The notes: generated from the sequence alone by a model not told the origin. A stretch of DNA of 64,000 nt from Candidatus Latescibacterota bacterium (GCA_965223905.1 CBDCXV010000010.1:1760001-1824000), one strand, 5' to 3'; positions 10,243-20,929 are shown, numbered from the stretch's first letter. Made by a program: numbers and translations.

Positions 10243-11391
10243 ATGATCGTTCGCCTGGTTGCAGTATGTCTGCTCGGCGCTCTCGGCGGCTCGATACTGC
10301 CGCAGCCGGCGCCGGCGCTCGTTCCTCCCACCTGGGACGGAGGGCCTCCGTTCGCCGCGGCCATTCTCGTCGAAGCGGAAACCGGCAAGGTCCTGTTCGA
10401 GCACAACGCGCGCGCGCCGCGCTCACCTGCCAGCACCCTCAAGCTGCTGCTGCAGCTGCTGGTGATGGAGGCGGTCGCCGACGGCCGCTTCGCCCTCTCC
10501 GACTCGGTTTACATCTCCGCGGAAGCGAGCCGCACCGGAGGTTCGCAGGTGTACCTCAAGGAGGGGGAGGTGTTCACTCTCGAAGCGCTGATGGAGACGA
10601 TCGTCATCGCCTCCGCCAACGACGCCTGCGTGGCCGTCGCCGAGCACATCGGCGGCACCGAGCAGGGTTTCGTCGACCTGATGAACAGCAAGGCCGCGGT
10701 CCTGGGGTTGCAGGGGACGCGCTACGTCAACGTCCACGGACTCGACAATACACCGACAACGAAGGGCAACACCACCACCGCCGCGGACCTAGCGGCCGTC
10801 GCCAGGGAGATCGCCGCCTACGACGAAATCATGGAGTGGTCCAAGATCCGCCAGGCGCCGTTTCGCAACGGCACCTTCATCCTCCGGGCGACCAACAGGC
10901 TGCTGGGCAAATTCCGCGGTCTCGACGGACTCAAGACCGGCTTCACCAAGCGTGCCGGGTACTGTCTCGTGGCCACCGCCGAACGCCGCCGGATGCGCCT
11001 CATCTCGGTGGTCCTGGGATCGCAGAGCGAGAAAGCCCGCTACCGCGAAACCAGGCGCATCCTCGACTGGGGATTCAACCACTATTCCAGGGTGGCGATC
11101 GTCACTTCAGGGGAAGCGGTCGCCTCGGTCCCCCTCGACTGGGGCGTCGAACCGGAAGTCGCCGCGGTCGCCACCGACTCGGTGGTCGCCGTTCTCGGCA
11201 ACGAGCAGATCCGCGGCATCCGCAAGGAGATCGAGATCGACTCCGCGCGCAACGCCCCGATCGCCGCGGGGGACTCGCTCGGAGCCCTCCGGGTGATGAC
11301 CGGCGAGACCCTGCTGGCCGCCGTCGACCTCGTGGCGGACAGAGGGGTGGCTCGGATGTCCCTATGGGAAATACTGATGAGCTACTTCTGA
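10243..11391 (+). CDS. dacA: D-alanyl-D-alanine carboxypeptidase (peptidase S11, DacA-like)
   Basis: Signal peptide; PASTLK (SxxK), SAN, KTG motifs; PBP5 C-terminal domain. Confidence 0.9.
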   Translation: MIVRLVAVCLLGALGGSILPQPAPALVPPTWDGGPPFAAAILVEAETGKVLFEHNARAPRSPASTLKLLLQLLVMEAVADGRFALSDSVYISAEASRTGGSQVYLKEGEVFTLEALMETIVIASANDACVAVAEHIGGTEQGFVDLMNSKAAVLGLQGTRYVNVHGLDNTPTTKGNTTTAADLAAVAREIAAYDEIMEWSKIRQAPFRNGTFILRATNRLLGKFRGLDGLKTGFTKRAGYCLVATAERRRMRLISVVLGSQSEKARYRETRRILDWGFNHYSRVAIVTSGEAVASVPLDWGVEPEVAAVATDSVVAVLGNEQIRGIRKEIEIDSARNAPIAAGDSLGALRVMTGETLLAAVDLVADRGVARMSLWEILMSYF

Positions 11392-11649
11392 ATCCCTGCC
11401 CGGGTGAGGTTCAGGCTCGCGCCCCACTCGTGATCCGCCGCAGGTTCCGGGCAGCCGGTGGCTGCGCCATTCCGTCTCGGGGCTCAACCCAGCCCTTCCT
11501 TCCGACTCTACCACCCGCCGCCTGAGACCCTCCCTGTCGACAAGACGATACCCTCTGGGAAGGGTGGTTTCGCGCTGGCTGACCGCGTCCCCATGCTCTA
11601 AAATTGCCCCGGGTTCGTTCCGCCTCGAGACACCGGAGGTCCCCCCGGC

Positions 11650-13345
11650 ATGATCCACGAAGCCCTGCTCCACATCGGATTGCTCGTCGTCGTAGCCAAG
11701 CTCGCCGAGGGTCTCCTGCGGCGTATCGGCCTGATCTCCATCGTCGCCTACACCCTGGCCGGGGTCCTGCTGGGGCCGGTAGCCGGGATCGTCGAGCCGA
11801 CGAGTGAAATCGAGCTCTTCCTCGGAATCGGCGTCTTTGTCCTCTTCTTCCTGATCGGCCTCGAGGAAATCGACCTTCCCGGCTTCATGGCGACGATCCG
11901 CGGCCGCTTCTTCATCGCCGGGGCCCTGTCGGTGGTCATCTCCCTGCTGGTCACGTCGGACTTTCTCGGCGTCGATTTCGCCCTCAATCTCGAATTCACC
12001 AAGGCGCTCTGTGTCGCCGGGATCCTGTCGTTGTCCAGCCTCGGCATCGTCGCCAAGGTGTTGTCCGACAAGGGACTGCTAAAGGAGCTGATAGGGCTGA
12101 GGATATTCGCCGCGGTCATCATCGCCGAGGTGATCAGCCTGCTGGTGGTCGGCGTCACCATCGGCGAGCTCGACCACGACCACAGCGTGGTCGGCCTGTT
12201 GGTCCTGGTGGGGGAGATCGTCGGCTTCGTGGTGCTGACCTGGATCATCTCGGCAAAGGTGCTTCCCCGCGCCATAACCATCCTGCATCGCTTGGTCGAC
12301 GTTCCCGAGCTCTCGTTCGGGCTGTTTGATGGAGGGCCTCTTCCTGGTGGTCGTGGGGGCAGAGGCGATCGGACTGCACGGGTCACTGGGGGCGCTGCTC
12401 TTCGGGGCCTCCCTGTCGGGGGCTGCCCAACCGCATGCGCCACGACATCATGCCCGGAATGCGCAGCTCAGCGGAAGGCCTGTTCGTTCCCCTCTTCTTC
12501 GCCTCGGCCGGCCTGCATCTGGATTTCTCCTTTGTCGGCCTGCCGCCACAGACCATAGTCGCCCTGCTGTTCGTCCCGATGCTGGGAAAGCTGTCCGGCG
12601 CTTTCATCGGCACCTTCCTGGCGCGGCTGGACACGCCGCTGGTCCTGACCACGGGGCTGATGGCGAAGGGGGTGGCCGAGATCGCCCTCCTTCTCGTCCT
12701 GCTCGAGACCGGCGTCATCGATCGGGGCGTCTTTTCGCTGCTCGTTCTCATCATGTTCGGATACATCCTGCTGACGCCGCAGGTCATCGGCTTCGCGGTC
12801 AGCAGGGCCAAGGAGACCGAAGGCGCGGCGACCCCCCGCACGGTGCCCCTTCTTTCGCCCGCCATGCCCTCGATGGGGTCGTGGTGAACTCCGTCATGGA
12901 CCGGACGCGCTCCTATCCCGGTCCGGAACTGTCGGTGAGGGACTTCGCAGACGACTGGATCGTGCCGAACCAGCACGACTACGTCGTCGACGACGAGGGC
13001 GTTCCCGTGGGAGTGCTGCCTCTGACCCGGCTGATCTTCCTGCGCAAAGGCTCCTGGGCGACTACTCAGCTGAGCTCCGTTCTGCGCCTGAACATACCCA
13101 AGGCCTGGCACGACGGGCCGATCGACGACGTGCTCGAACGGATGGCGGACAACTCGCTGACGATCATTCCGGTCATGGAGCGGGAATCGGACAAGTTCCT
13201 GGGCACGGTCACCAGCCATGACGTCCTCGACCTGATGGTGCTGATGGACCAGATCCAGGACGAGATGCAGCGGCAGGAAACCGGGGGGGGGCTTGAGTTG
13301 GCTCGCCTAACCTCCCACGGGGCAGGTGACCGCTCCGTTGTCTAA
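11650..13345 (+). pseudogene. Cation:proton antiporter (Na_H_Exchanger) with CBS domains, three frameshifts
   Basis: Antiporter sequence continues across ORFs 11650, 12326 and 12435 and returns to the 12326 frame; indels at T3 (~12325), G5 (~12420) and C4 (~12848); CBS-like tail. Confidence 0.75.
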
Positions 13346-13376
13346 CCATTTCAACCGACGAGTAGATAGTGAAAAT

Positions 13377-14703
13377 CACTACTGTCCGGTTATAAGTCGA
13401 ATAAAGTCAACTGGTTACAAAGATGCTCTGATTGGTTTTGGGAGCTGATTTCCGTAAGCAATTGTAAAATATCGACTTTCTCGAACAGCGAAACGGTGAA
13501 GAGTTGCAGGATTTCGGCCAGACGGCGGTCGACGTGTAGCTGCTTCTTGACGATGGCCACGAGCACGTACGTGCTGATAGCGATCCAGATCTGGGTCTTG
13601 ACCGCGTTCTCGGAGGTGCCGAAGAACCCTTTGATTTGCAGATGGTGTTTGATCCACTTGAAGAACAACTCCACCTGCCAGCGGCATTTGTACAACTGCG
13701 GGATGGTCAAGGCGGGAAGGACGAAATGATTGGTGAGAAAAACGAACCGCTTCGCCGTCTCGAGGTCGAAGTAGCTGATGCGCGCAGGGCATCGGGGTAG
13801 TCTTGTGAGGTCCCGGGTCCGTGCAGTACGATGGTCTGGTCGCTGCGCAAGCCGGTGCTTTTGTCGACCGGGCGCGACATACGCCGAGTATAATCCAGAT
13901 TGCGTTTGGCGCGGATGACAAAGAACGCGGCCTGCTGCGTGAAGGTATACAGCCGGGCGAAGTCGATGTACCCGCGGTCCATGATGTAGAAGGCGCCCGG
14001 TTCCAGAATCAATTCGTCGAGCAGGCCGACATCGTGCGTCTTCCCCTCTGTAATGCGAATAAAACAGGGGATATTGCCGCGTAGATCCATCAACGTGTGA
14101 AGCTTGATGGCGGCTTTGCGCTGACGGAATCGGGCCCACGGAAACAGCGAAAGACACCGATCGATGGTGCTGGAATCGAAGACATACGCGGTCTCTTCGA
14201 GTTGTACTCCGAAGTCGTCTTGACTGTATAGCTTGCGGGCGTGGCCAATGAGCACCTGAGCGAAGTCGGCGTAGATGCGCCAGTCCCGGTTCTCGTTGGC
14301 ATCGGCCAGGGTGCTCCTGGAAACCGGGTATCGAAGGCCGGCATGATACAGCTTGGGCTGCATCGCCCGCAAGCAGGTCTCGATGTCCCGTAGGCTTCCC
14401 CGACCGGTGAGCTGCGCAAAGGCCATGCACAGAAACTGATCGCGACACTTGAAGTGCCGTGTCCTGTAATTGCCATGGTACCGACGTACGCATCTGTTGA
14501 ACTCGTGCCTGGGTAGGAAATCCATGAGCTGTGAGAATACCATTCGTCCCGTAGGCATCGGCCATTCCCTCCCTCGCTAAATGCAGCGCTGAATGGCCCA
14601 AATCTACGATCGATTTTAAATCGACAACGGTCATTTATTCGCACAACTCATTGTAGATGCATTACTTACACGATTCTTCAAAGCGCTCAACCGGACAGTA
14701 GTG
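13377..14703 (-). mobile_element. IS4-family insertion sequence
   Basis: Perfect terminal inverted repeats CACTACTGTCCGGTT (13377-13391) and AACCGGACAGTAGTG (14689-14703); lower GC; no target duplication visible. Confidence 0.9.
13390..14558 (-). pseudogene. IS4 transposase (DUF4372 + DDE_Tnp_1), one frameshift near 13782
   Basis: MVFSQLMDFLP, FAQLTGRGSLRDIE, DSSTID, MDRGY, then YKCRWQVELFFKWIKHHL in another frame. Confidence 0.9.
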
Positions 14704-16117
14704 ATGGGATATAGCAGGTATCGATTTCCCGAGGCCGATACTGAACGCTCTTGCGGGACGACAAGCTGGTTGTTTTCGCGGGCGCGGGAGCAAAACTTCC
14801 GGGCTTTAAGGAATTGGCAGTGACGATTGCGCAAGGCACCGGGGAAACGCTGGGAGATATCGAACCAGTAGATCACTTCTCGGCAGACTGAAGCACAGAG
14901 GCGTAGAAGTGCATAACCTTGCCGCAGAAAAGCTCAAGTTAAATTCCCGTGGAGAGACCCCGAAGCCAACTGACCTGCATCGCAATCTGCTCAGGCTTTA
15001 CAAGGAATCGGCATCGCCTCGGATCGTCACCACCAATTTTGATCTACTCTTCGAGCAGGCGGCGAAAGGCTTTTTCGATACCGAACCGAAGATCTTTACT
15101 GCGCCAGCTTTGCCCTTGGGAAGAGAGTTCAACGGGATTTTTCATGTTCACGGAAGTCTCGGCCAGCCGACGGAAATGGTGCTAACGGACAAAGACTTTG
15201 GCCGTGCATATCTGACCGAGGGATGGGCGAGGCGCTTTCTCGTCGGCTTGTTCCACTCTTTCCCCGTTCTCTTCGTCGGCTGCAGACACAACGATACAGT
15301 GATGAATCACCTTGCCCGGGCATTGCCGGTAGACCAAACAGAACAACGTTTCGTGCTTACTGATGATGCGGATGATAGCAAATGGAAAGTTCTGGGAATT
15401 GAGCCAATTCTTTACCCGAAATTGCCCGACGATAACTACACCGGTCTTTACGAGGGAATTCAAGGCCTTGCGGATTATGCGAGGAGGGGCATCCTCGAAT
15501 GGCAGCACCGGATCGCGGAAATCGCAAGAAAACCACCCAACCTCGACGAGGAGGAAATGGGTCTTATTGAAGAGGGGCTCGCAGAGGAGGCGAAGGCACG
15601 CTTCTTCACGGATGCGGCCCGTTCACCTGAATGGATCGATTGGCTCGACAAACGGGAGCATCTGAACTGCCTCTTCGGCACCGGTGATCTCCGTGAGTCC
15701 CAGAATCAATTGGGACAGTGGTTGGCCCAAAATTTCGCACGGGACCAGGCTGATAAACTATTCCTGCTCATTGGCCGCCACAGCATGCGCCTGTGTCCAA
15801 ATTTTTGGTTTCAGTTGGGTGGAACAATCGCCTCAAGGGACGGTCCTCCACTGGAGGCGGATACTTTGTCTCGCTGGATTTCACTCCTGCTCTCTACCTC
15901 TCCTCCGCCTCATACTATCCAGCATCTGTTGTGGAGTCTGGGTAAGGCTTGCATTACGTACAATCTTATGGATTGGCTGGTTGAAATCTTCGACGCGCTC
16001 ACGACAAGCCGTCTCATGCTCAAGCCGTCCTTTGCTAGACCCGATACCAATCAGGACCATCCACGCTCACCTTCATGCCAGAGTGCGATCGCCTCCTCCA
16101 TCCGTTCGATCAACTGA
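14704..16117 (+). pseudogene. SIR2 (SIR2_2) NADase-family protein, Dsr1/DUF4020-like, frameshifted and 3' truncated
   Basis: Reconstructed N-terminus IAGIDFP..ALRDDKLVVFAGAG..LPGFKELA across indels; IVTTNFDLLFE, HVHGS, DFGRAYLTEGWARRFL in the 14909 ORF. Confidence 0.75.
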
Positions 16118-16221
16118 TCAATTGACGTTCCCTGGGTATGACATCCGGGTAGGCCGGGAACGCTCCCTACGTAAAAACCGTCTTCATCCTTCTCGATGAC
16201 GATAGTGTATTCGGTGCTCAT
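16051..16221 (-). CDS. hicB: HicB-family antitoxin (short, possibly truncated)
   Basis: YTIVIEKDEDGFYVGSVPGLPGCHTQGTSIDQLIERMEEAI is the HicB signature; no adjacent hicA. Confidence 0.8.
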   Translation of the reverse strand: MSTEYTIVIEKDEDGFYVGSVPGLPGCHTQGTSIDQLIERMEEAIALWHEGERGWS

Positions 16222-16447
16222 CGGATTCTCCCATAGTTCAGAACGCCTCGGGTAGATTGGGGCGGCCAACGACGGCAAACCCACCGCAGGCGATCATAGG
16301 GTTCCGGCGGTTTGCCCCCGTCGCGTCGCAGCAGCCGACGTGCCGCCTCGATATCGGCCTCGTGTTACAAGAAGAATTCTCATTGTTTTAAAACCCTGTC
16401 AAGAGGGCCTGTTGTTTCCTTAACCCTCAGAAATACCGCGCCAAGTC

Positions 16448-16900
16448 TCAACGACAGGCCGCCTCGCCCACTCCCAGTGAGGCCGGGACCGTGACCCTCC
16501 CTCGAACGGCGTGACCCATTCTTCGCCAGCGTACCGGGTGTAGGATTTCGGCGTGGAACGCGATCTGTTGTCCCAGCATCTTCTCCAGGCCAAGGCCCAA
16601 GGTCCAGCGCCGCAGTTCCAGGTCGCGGCTGTCCGTTCCGGAAATGAAGTCGGGATCGCCCCCGGATGAGCACGGACTGGGATCCATGCAGCCTTTGAAG
16701 CGGGTCGTGAACCGCCCCTCGAGGCGGGCCTCCGAGCGCGTAGAGGCTCGCCCCCCGTGACTTCAGGATTTCAGGGTTTCCGCCGACCTTGAGCGTGAAG
16801 CCGTAGCTCCTGTCTCTTTCGAGAGACCACTGGTCCAGCCAGCTTTCCCCGAGTTGGTTGCGTCCCGGGGATGTCCCGACCCCTTGGAGCTGCCAAGCTC
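16448..16900 (-). pseudogene. Possible outer-membrane beta-barrel protein remnant
   Basis: Two ORFs join across a frameshift near 16728: RSYGFTLKVGG..SLYALGG / RFTTRFKGC..PC..WTLGLGLEKMLGQQIAFHAEI, with alternating beta-strand pattern; no N-terminus. Confidence 0.4.
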
Positions 16901-16920
16901 GGCCGTCCGCTTCAAGGCTC

Positions 16921-16949
16921 TTGACCGTGCCGACCGGCATCTCTAGCTT
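16921..16949 (+). promoter_or_regulatory. Sigma70-type promoter of tRNA-Val
   Basis: TTGACC-N17-TAGCTT 10 nt upstream of the tRNA. Confidence 0.65.
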
Positions 16950-16959
16950 GAATGACCCA

Positions 16960-17036
16960 GGGCGATTAGCTCAGCTGGTTAGAGTGCCTGCTTGACATGC
17001 AGGAGGTCACTGGTTCGATTCCGGTATCGCCCACCA
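16960..17036 (+). tRNA. tRNA-Val(GAC)
   Basis: GGGCGATTAGCTCAG..CCTGC-TTGACAT-GCAGG..GGTTCGATTCC..TCGCCCACCA. Confidence 0.97.
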
Positions 17037-17043
17037 TTGATCT

Positions 17044-17076
17044 GCAACCCCCCATTTGCGGGGGGTTGCTTTTTTT
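17044..17076 (+). terminator. Intrinsic terminator
   Basis: GCAACCCCCC/GGGGGGTTGC 10-bp stem followed by T7. Confidence 0.85.
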
Positions 17077-18982
17077 ATGTGTGCTGGCCCCAGCGGGCCG
17101 CCTCGCGGCGCAACGCCGGTCGCTCCTCCCGCCTGCCCGCGCGGCGCAGGATTCTATCCCCCAGCTTGTACACCTGCGGCATCATCGGATCGATTGCGAT
17201 CGCCGCCTGAATGTGGGCCCAGGCGCGGTCGTGCTTTCCGAGGTCGTCCAGTCGGATTGCGACGTTGTAGCGAATCGTGCGCGAGTCGTGCGCGATCTCC
17301 GCGGAGCGCTCGAAAGCGAGAACCGCCTCCTCCCTGTCCCCCCTGAAGAGCAGGTTTTCTCCCCTTTTGAACCAGTAGTTCGCCTGAATGATCCGCGCCC
17401 AGGGATCGGTCAGTTCCCCCGCCGCAGCGGCACCCGTCGTATCCGGGACCTCCCCGGCCGGGGGCCTGACTCCCGTCTTCAGCACCCGATACGACAGCCC
17501 GGCCGGAACGAAATCGAACCCTTTCGCGGGAAGATCGCGGGGCGCGAGAAAATGGACCGGCCTGCCCGTGACCGACTCCTCGACCAAGCCTTTCACCAAC
17601 CGTCGACGTACCCGCGCCTTTTCACGCGGCCCAAGGTGGCGCGAGCTCCGGGGAAGGATGTCCGTTCCCCTGCCGAACCGCATGTACAGGGTCACGTCCG
17701 GCCTCGCTCCCTCCACTCTGTGCAGGTAGTCGACGATGAAACTGGCGTCGTCTCCTTGGGTTATCAGGATGGCGTTCTGCGGCAGCTCGGCGAGGATGTC
17801 CATGCCGTACCTGTGAGCGATGCGAATGCCGCTGCGGTCCGCCTCGCGAAAATTCATCGCCATGACGACCGCCACCGCGGCAACCGCCGCGGCCACCTGA
17901 ATTCCGCCCCGGCCGATGAGTCGTCCCAGGCGCGCGCATAGGTCGTCCAGCCCGTAGGCGATGAACACCGCGGCCCCGAGAAAGCTGAGCAGGAAGAAGA
18001 CGCCGATTCCGTTCGGGTCCCGATGGTAGTTGAGAGCCACGACAAGGTTTACCAGGACCGTGCTGCCGACAACCCAGGCCATCGTCCCGTCGCGGCGTGC
18101 GCAGACCCACAGGCCCCAGACCGCGGCGAGACAGAGCACCGGGGTGTACGCCGTAAACAGATGCTCCAGCCAGCGGCCGGCGTTGAGCAGGATCCCGTGT
18201 GCCGGCATGGTGAAGAAGGCAAAGCGGTACTCGGCGCCGGTGATGTGGGCCCAGAACAGGGAGGGGGTGTCCACTGGCCCCCAGTGGAATCCAGAGCCCA
18301 GTAAGGAGCGGAGGGGCAGGTACAGCACCAGGCTGTAGCCGAGGACGGCAGCTGCCGCAACCTTGGCCGCCATCCCCGTCAGCTCAGCGACTCTCGCTGC
18401 AGGAGGCCGGCGCCTGACCCCCCGGTACCAGTGCCACACCCACGCCGACAGCAGTCCGGGCAGAATCAGGGACTGGCTCAGGTGGGTCGTAAGCGCAACT
18501 CCGGCAACGTAGCCCCCCAGTATCAGGTTTCGGGCGTTCGGGGCCTCGGCCGCCCGCAACCCGAGCCAGATCATTGCCACGGCCCCGAGCATGCTCGCGC
18601 CGTACACCTCGGCGACGACGGCGTTGCTCCAGAAGGTCCCGGAAAAACCGAACAGGAGCGACCCGGCCAGACAGATCCAGGGATAACAGCCCCGGTCTCT
18701 CAGGAACGCCGCAAGCGCCGCGACCGCCAGGGCGGCAGTAAACGCGGAGGCGACGTTTATCCGGTAGGCGACGCTGTCGAACGGCAGCAGGGCCGAAAAG
18801 AGGCGCCCTGTAAGGGCGAACAAGGGATAGCCGGTCGGGTGCGGCGTGCCGAGGGCGTGCACCGCGCCGATCAGCTCACCCGAACCCTCGACGTAGACGG
18901 TCGGGCACAGGGTGGCGAGATAGGCGGCAAAGGAGATGGCGAAGGCGAGCACCGCCGGGGGCCATCGGCTGGAGCGAATCAT
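17075..18982 (-). CDS. Second DUF2723/TMEM260-like membrane protein with C-terminal TPR
   Basis: CPTVYVEGSGELIGA..GTPHPTGYPLF, FWSNAVVAEVY, YLPLRS, ILITQGDD, TPR-like end. Confidence 0.8.
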   Translation of the reverse strand: MIRSSRWPPAVLAFAISFAAYLATLCPTVYVEGSGELIGAVHALGTPHPTGYPLFALTGRLFSALLPFDSVAYRINVASAFTAALAVAALAAFLRDRGCYPWICLAGSLLFGFSGTFWSNAVVAEVYGASMLGAVAMIWLGLRAAEAPNARNLILGGYVAGVALTTHLSQSLILPGLLSAWVWHWYRGVRRRPPAARVAELTGMAAKVAAAAVLGYSLVLYLPLRSLLGSGFHWGPVDTPSLFWAHITGAEYRFAFFTMPAHGILLNAGRWLEHLFTAYTPVLCLAAVWGLWVCARRDGTMAWVVGSTVLVNLVVALNYHRDPNGIGVFFLLSFLGAAVFIAYGLDDLCARLGRLIGRGGIQVAAAVAAVAVVMAMNFREADRSGIRIAHRYGMDILAELPQNAILITQGDDASFIVDYLHRVEGARPDVTLYMRFGRGTDILPRSSRHLGPREKARVRRRLVKGLVEESVTGRPVHFLAPRDLPAKGFDFVPAGLSYRVLKTGVRPPAGEVPDTTGAAAAGELTDPWARIIQANYWFKRGENLLFRGDREEAVLAFERSAEIAHDSRTIRYNVAIRLDDLGKHDRAWAHIQAAIAIDPMMPQVYKLGDRILRRAGRREERPALRREAARWGQHT

Positions 18983-19160
18983 CAGGGCTGGAGGGAGAGT
19001 GCGGGCAGGGATTCCTGGAGGGGACCGGCACGAACCATTCCGTCAGCGGCGACCGGGGCGGAATCGTTCGCCAGGCAACAGCGCCGCTCGGGGCGTCTGG
19101 ATGTCCGTGCACGTGAGGATTTCAGCAAGGCATCAGCTCCTCTTGGACGGACGCGGCCGC

Positions 19161-19973
19161 TTAGGAACCAGCCAGCACTTCTTCGGCGCTGTCCTCGGGG
19201 ATGAACCCCAGGACCTGCCTGGCGTGATCCAGGTCGACCCAGCGGTAGCGGTTGTTGGAAACGCCGTAGAAGATGCCGAACTTGAGATCGTCCGGGGCGT
19301 CGATCGCCCGCTGCGTAAGCTGGGCGACGTCCCGCTGGCTGCACCAGACGGCGCCCGACTCCGGCTTCTGGGGGTGATCCTCGGCGTTGACCCAGCCGAT
19401 GCGGAGACAAAGGGAGGAGATGCCGAGGACGTCGGCCGTATACCGAGCCAGTGCCTCTCCCCAGATCTTGGTCGCCGGATACAACCCCGTGGGGCGATGC
19501 GGCCATTCGTGGGTCACAGGATGGACCTGAGTCCCGGCGAAGTCGTCGAACCGTCCCTCCGACAGGGCCTTGTAGGGATGGTCGAGGTGGTATCCCCAGG
19601 ATACCATGATCGAGGATGCGTAGACCACCCTCTTCACGCCGACGCGCACCGCGGCCTCGAAGACGTTGCGGACACCGATGATGTTGCTGGACAGCAGGCT
19701 GTCCCAGTTGGCGTCCGGCCGCGGATCGGCCGCCATCTGGACGACGATGTCCATTCCCTGAACCGCCCGTTCGACGGCCTCCAGATTGGCGAGGTCGGCA
19801 AGGAAGAAACGGTCTTCCGGAATCGACGGGGCGATCCCCTTCGGCGCCCGTTCCGATGGCTGCCTCCGGCGCGCCAGTGCATACAGCTCGTAGCCGCCGA
19901 CCTGCTCCAGGTGGCGGTACACCACTCCTGGTATCAGGCCGTAAACTCCGGTGATGAGAACTTTTTTCGCCAC
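19161..19973 (-). CDS. NAD-dependent epimerase/dehydratase (uronate dehydrogenase-like)
   Basis: VLITG, NVFEAA..GVKRVVYASS, YPATK (YxxxK), LRIG, YGVSNN. Confidence 0.85.
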   Translation of the reverse strand: MAKKVLITGVYGLIPGVVYRHLEQVGGYELYALARRRQPSERAPKGIAPSIPEDRFFLADLANLEAVERAVQGMDIVVQMAADPRPDANWDSLLSSNIIGVRNVFEAAVRVGVKRVVYASSIMVSWGYHLDHPYKALSEGRFDDFAGTQVHPVTHEWPHRPTGLYPATKIWGEALARYTADVLGISSLCLRIGWVNAEDHPQKPESGAVWCSQRDVAQLTQRAIDAPDDLKFGIFYGVSNNRYRWVDLDHARQVLGFIPEDSAEEVLAGS

Positions 19974-20024
19974 CTGGGGCCCCCTTTCTATTCCTAGTTG
20001 GAATATACGCCGGCAGGAGGGTTT

Positions 20025-20588
20025 CTACGCGTCGAGCACGCCGATGCAGGGCAGGGCGCGGTAGCGCTGGCAGAAATCCATTCCGTAGCCGATGACGAAC
20101 AGATCGCCGATGGTGTACCCGACGTAATCGAGCCTCACCGTTACCCGGCGTCTCTCCGGTTTGTCGATGAGGGCGCAGGTGTAGATCGACGACGGTCCAT
20201 GTGCCTGAATGGCGGCGATTGCCGCCTGCATGGTCCCGCCGGTGTCGACGATGCCGTCGACCAGCAGCACTTGGCGTTCTGCCAGCTCCACGGCGGTCGC
20301 CTCCGCGACCTGCGGCTTCCCTGCCGACTCCCTGCCGCGGTAGCTTCTGATCTTTATGAAGTCGTACTCGACGTCCCTGGCGAATTTGGCCGGCATTGCC
20401 CTCATGAGGTCGATGGCAAACTGAGCCGCCCCGGTCAGGATACCGATCAGAACAGGCGGTCTCGCCTCGAAATCGCCGCTGATCCGGCGTGCGAGCTCCC
20501 CTACGCGGCGCTCTACCTCGGCGGCGTCGAACAGGACGCGGATACCCTCCGCGCCGATGGCCGCCTCGGGGCTGTCTGAGGTGCTCAC
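20025..20588 (-). CDS. hpt: Hypoxanthine phosphoribosyltransferase
   Basis: VLLVDGIVDTGGT PRPP loop, LIDKPERR, FVIGYGMD..YRALP; GTG start overlaps the upstream stop. Confidence 0.88.
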   Translation of the reverse strand: MSTSDSPEAAIGAEGIRVLFDAAEVERRVGELARRISGDFEARPPVLIGILTGAAQFAIDLMRAMPAKFARDVEYDFIKIRSYRGRESAGKPQVAEATAVELAERQVLLVDGIVDTGGTMQAAIAAIQAHGPSSIYTCALIDKPERRRVTVRLDYVGYTIGDLFVIGYGMDFCQRYRALPCIGVLDA

Positions 20589-20929
20589 CGTCCGGGTCCG
20601 CGGGCGGCGTTTTCGAGAGCCCTGAGCAGGATGGCGCGATCCTCGACCAGGTCCGGCGGCAGGTGGCGTTCGATGACGAAAATCCCCTCCACGGACTCTT
20701 CGAGGTAGGAGATGATTGTTCGAATGTGGAAGTCGGCGTGCGGCGTTCTGAGTCCTGACTCGCCGGTCCGCCTGCGGATGTCGCTGCGCTGGTAATATTC
20801 CAGGACGACCGGGAAATGTTGAATCAGTTCCTCGGACGCGAAAAGAACGCGAAGCTCCTCGAAGAAATGGATGGCGTTCGCGGCCTCCTCTGACCACTCG
20901 TCTTTCTTTACCAGCCAGCGCGGGTCCAT
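20585..20929 (-). CDS. Hypothetical protein
   Basis: 114-aa protein-like ORF whose stop overlaps the hpt start (GTGA). Confidence 0.65.
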   Translation of the reverse strand: MDPRWLVKKDEWSEEAANAIHFFEELRVLFASEELIQHFPVVLEYYQRSDIRRRTGESGLRTPHADFHIRTIISYLEESVEGIFVIERHLPPDLVEDRAILLRALENAARGPGR

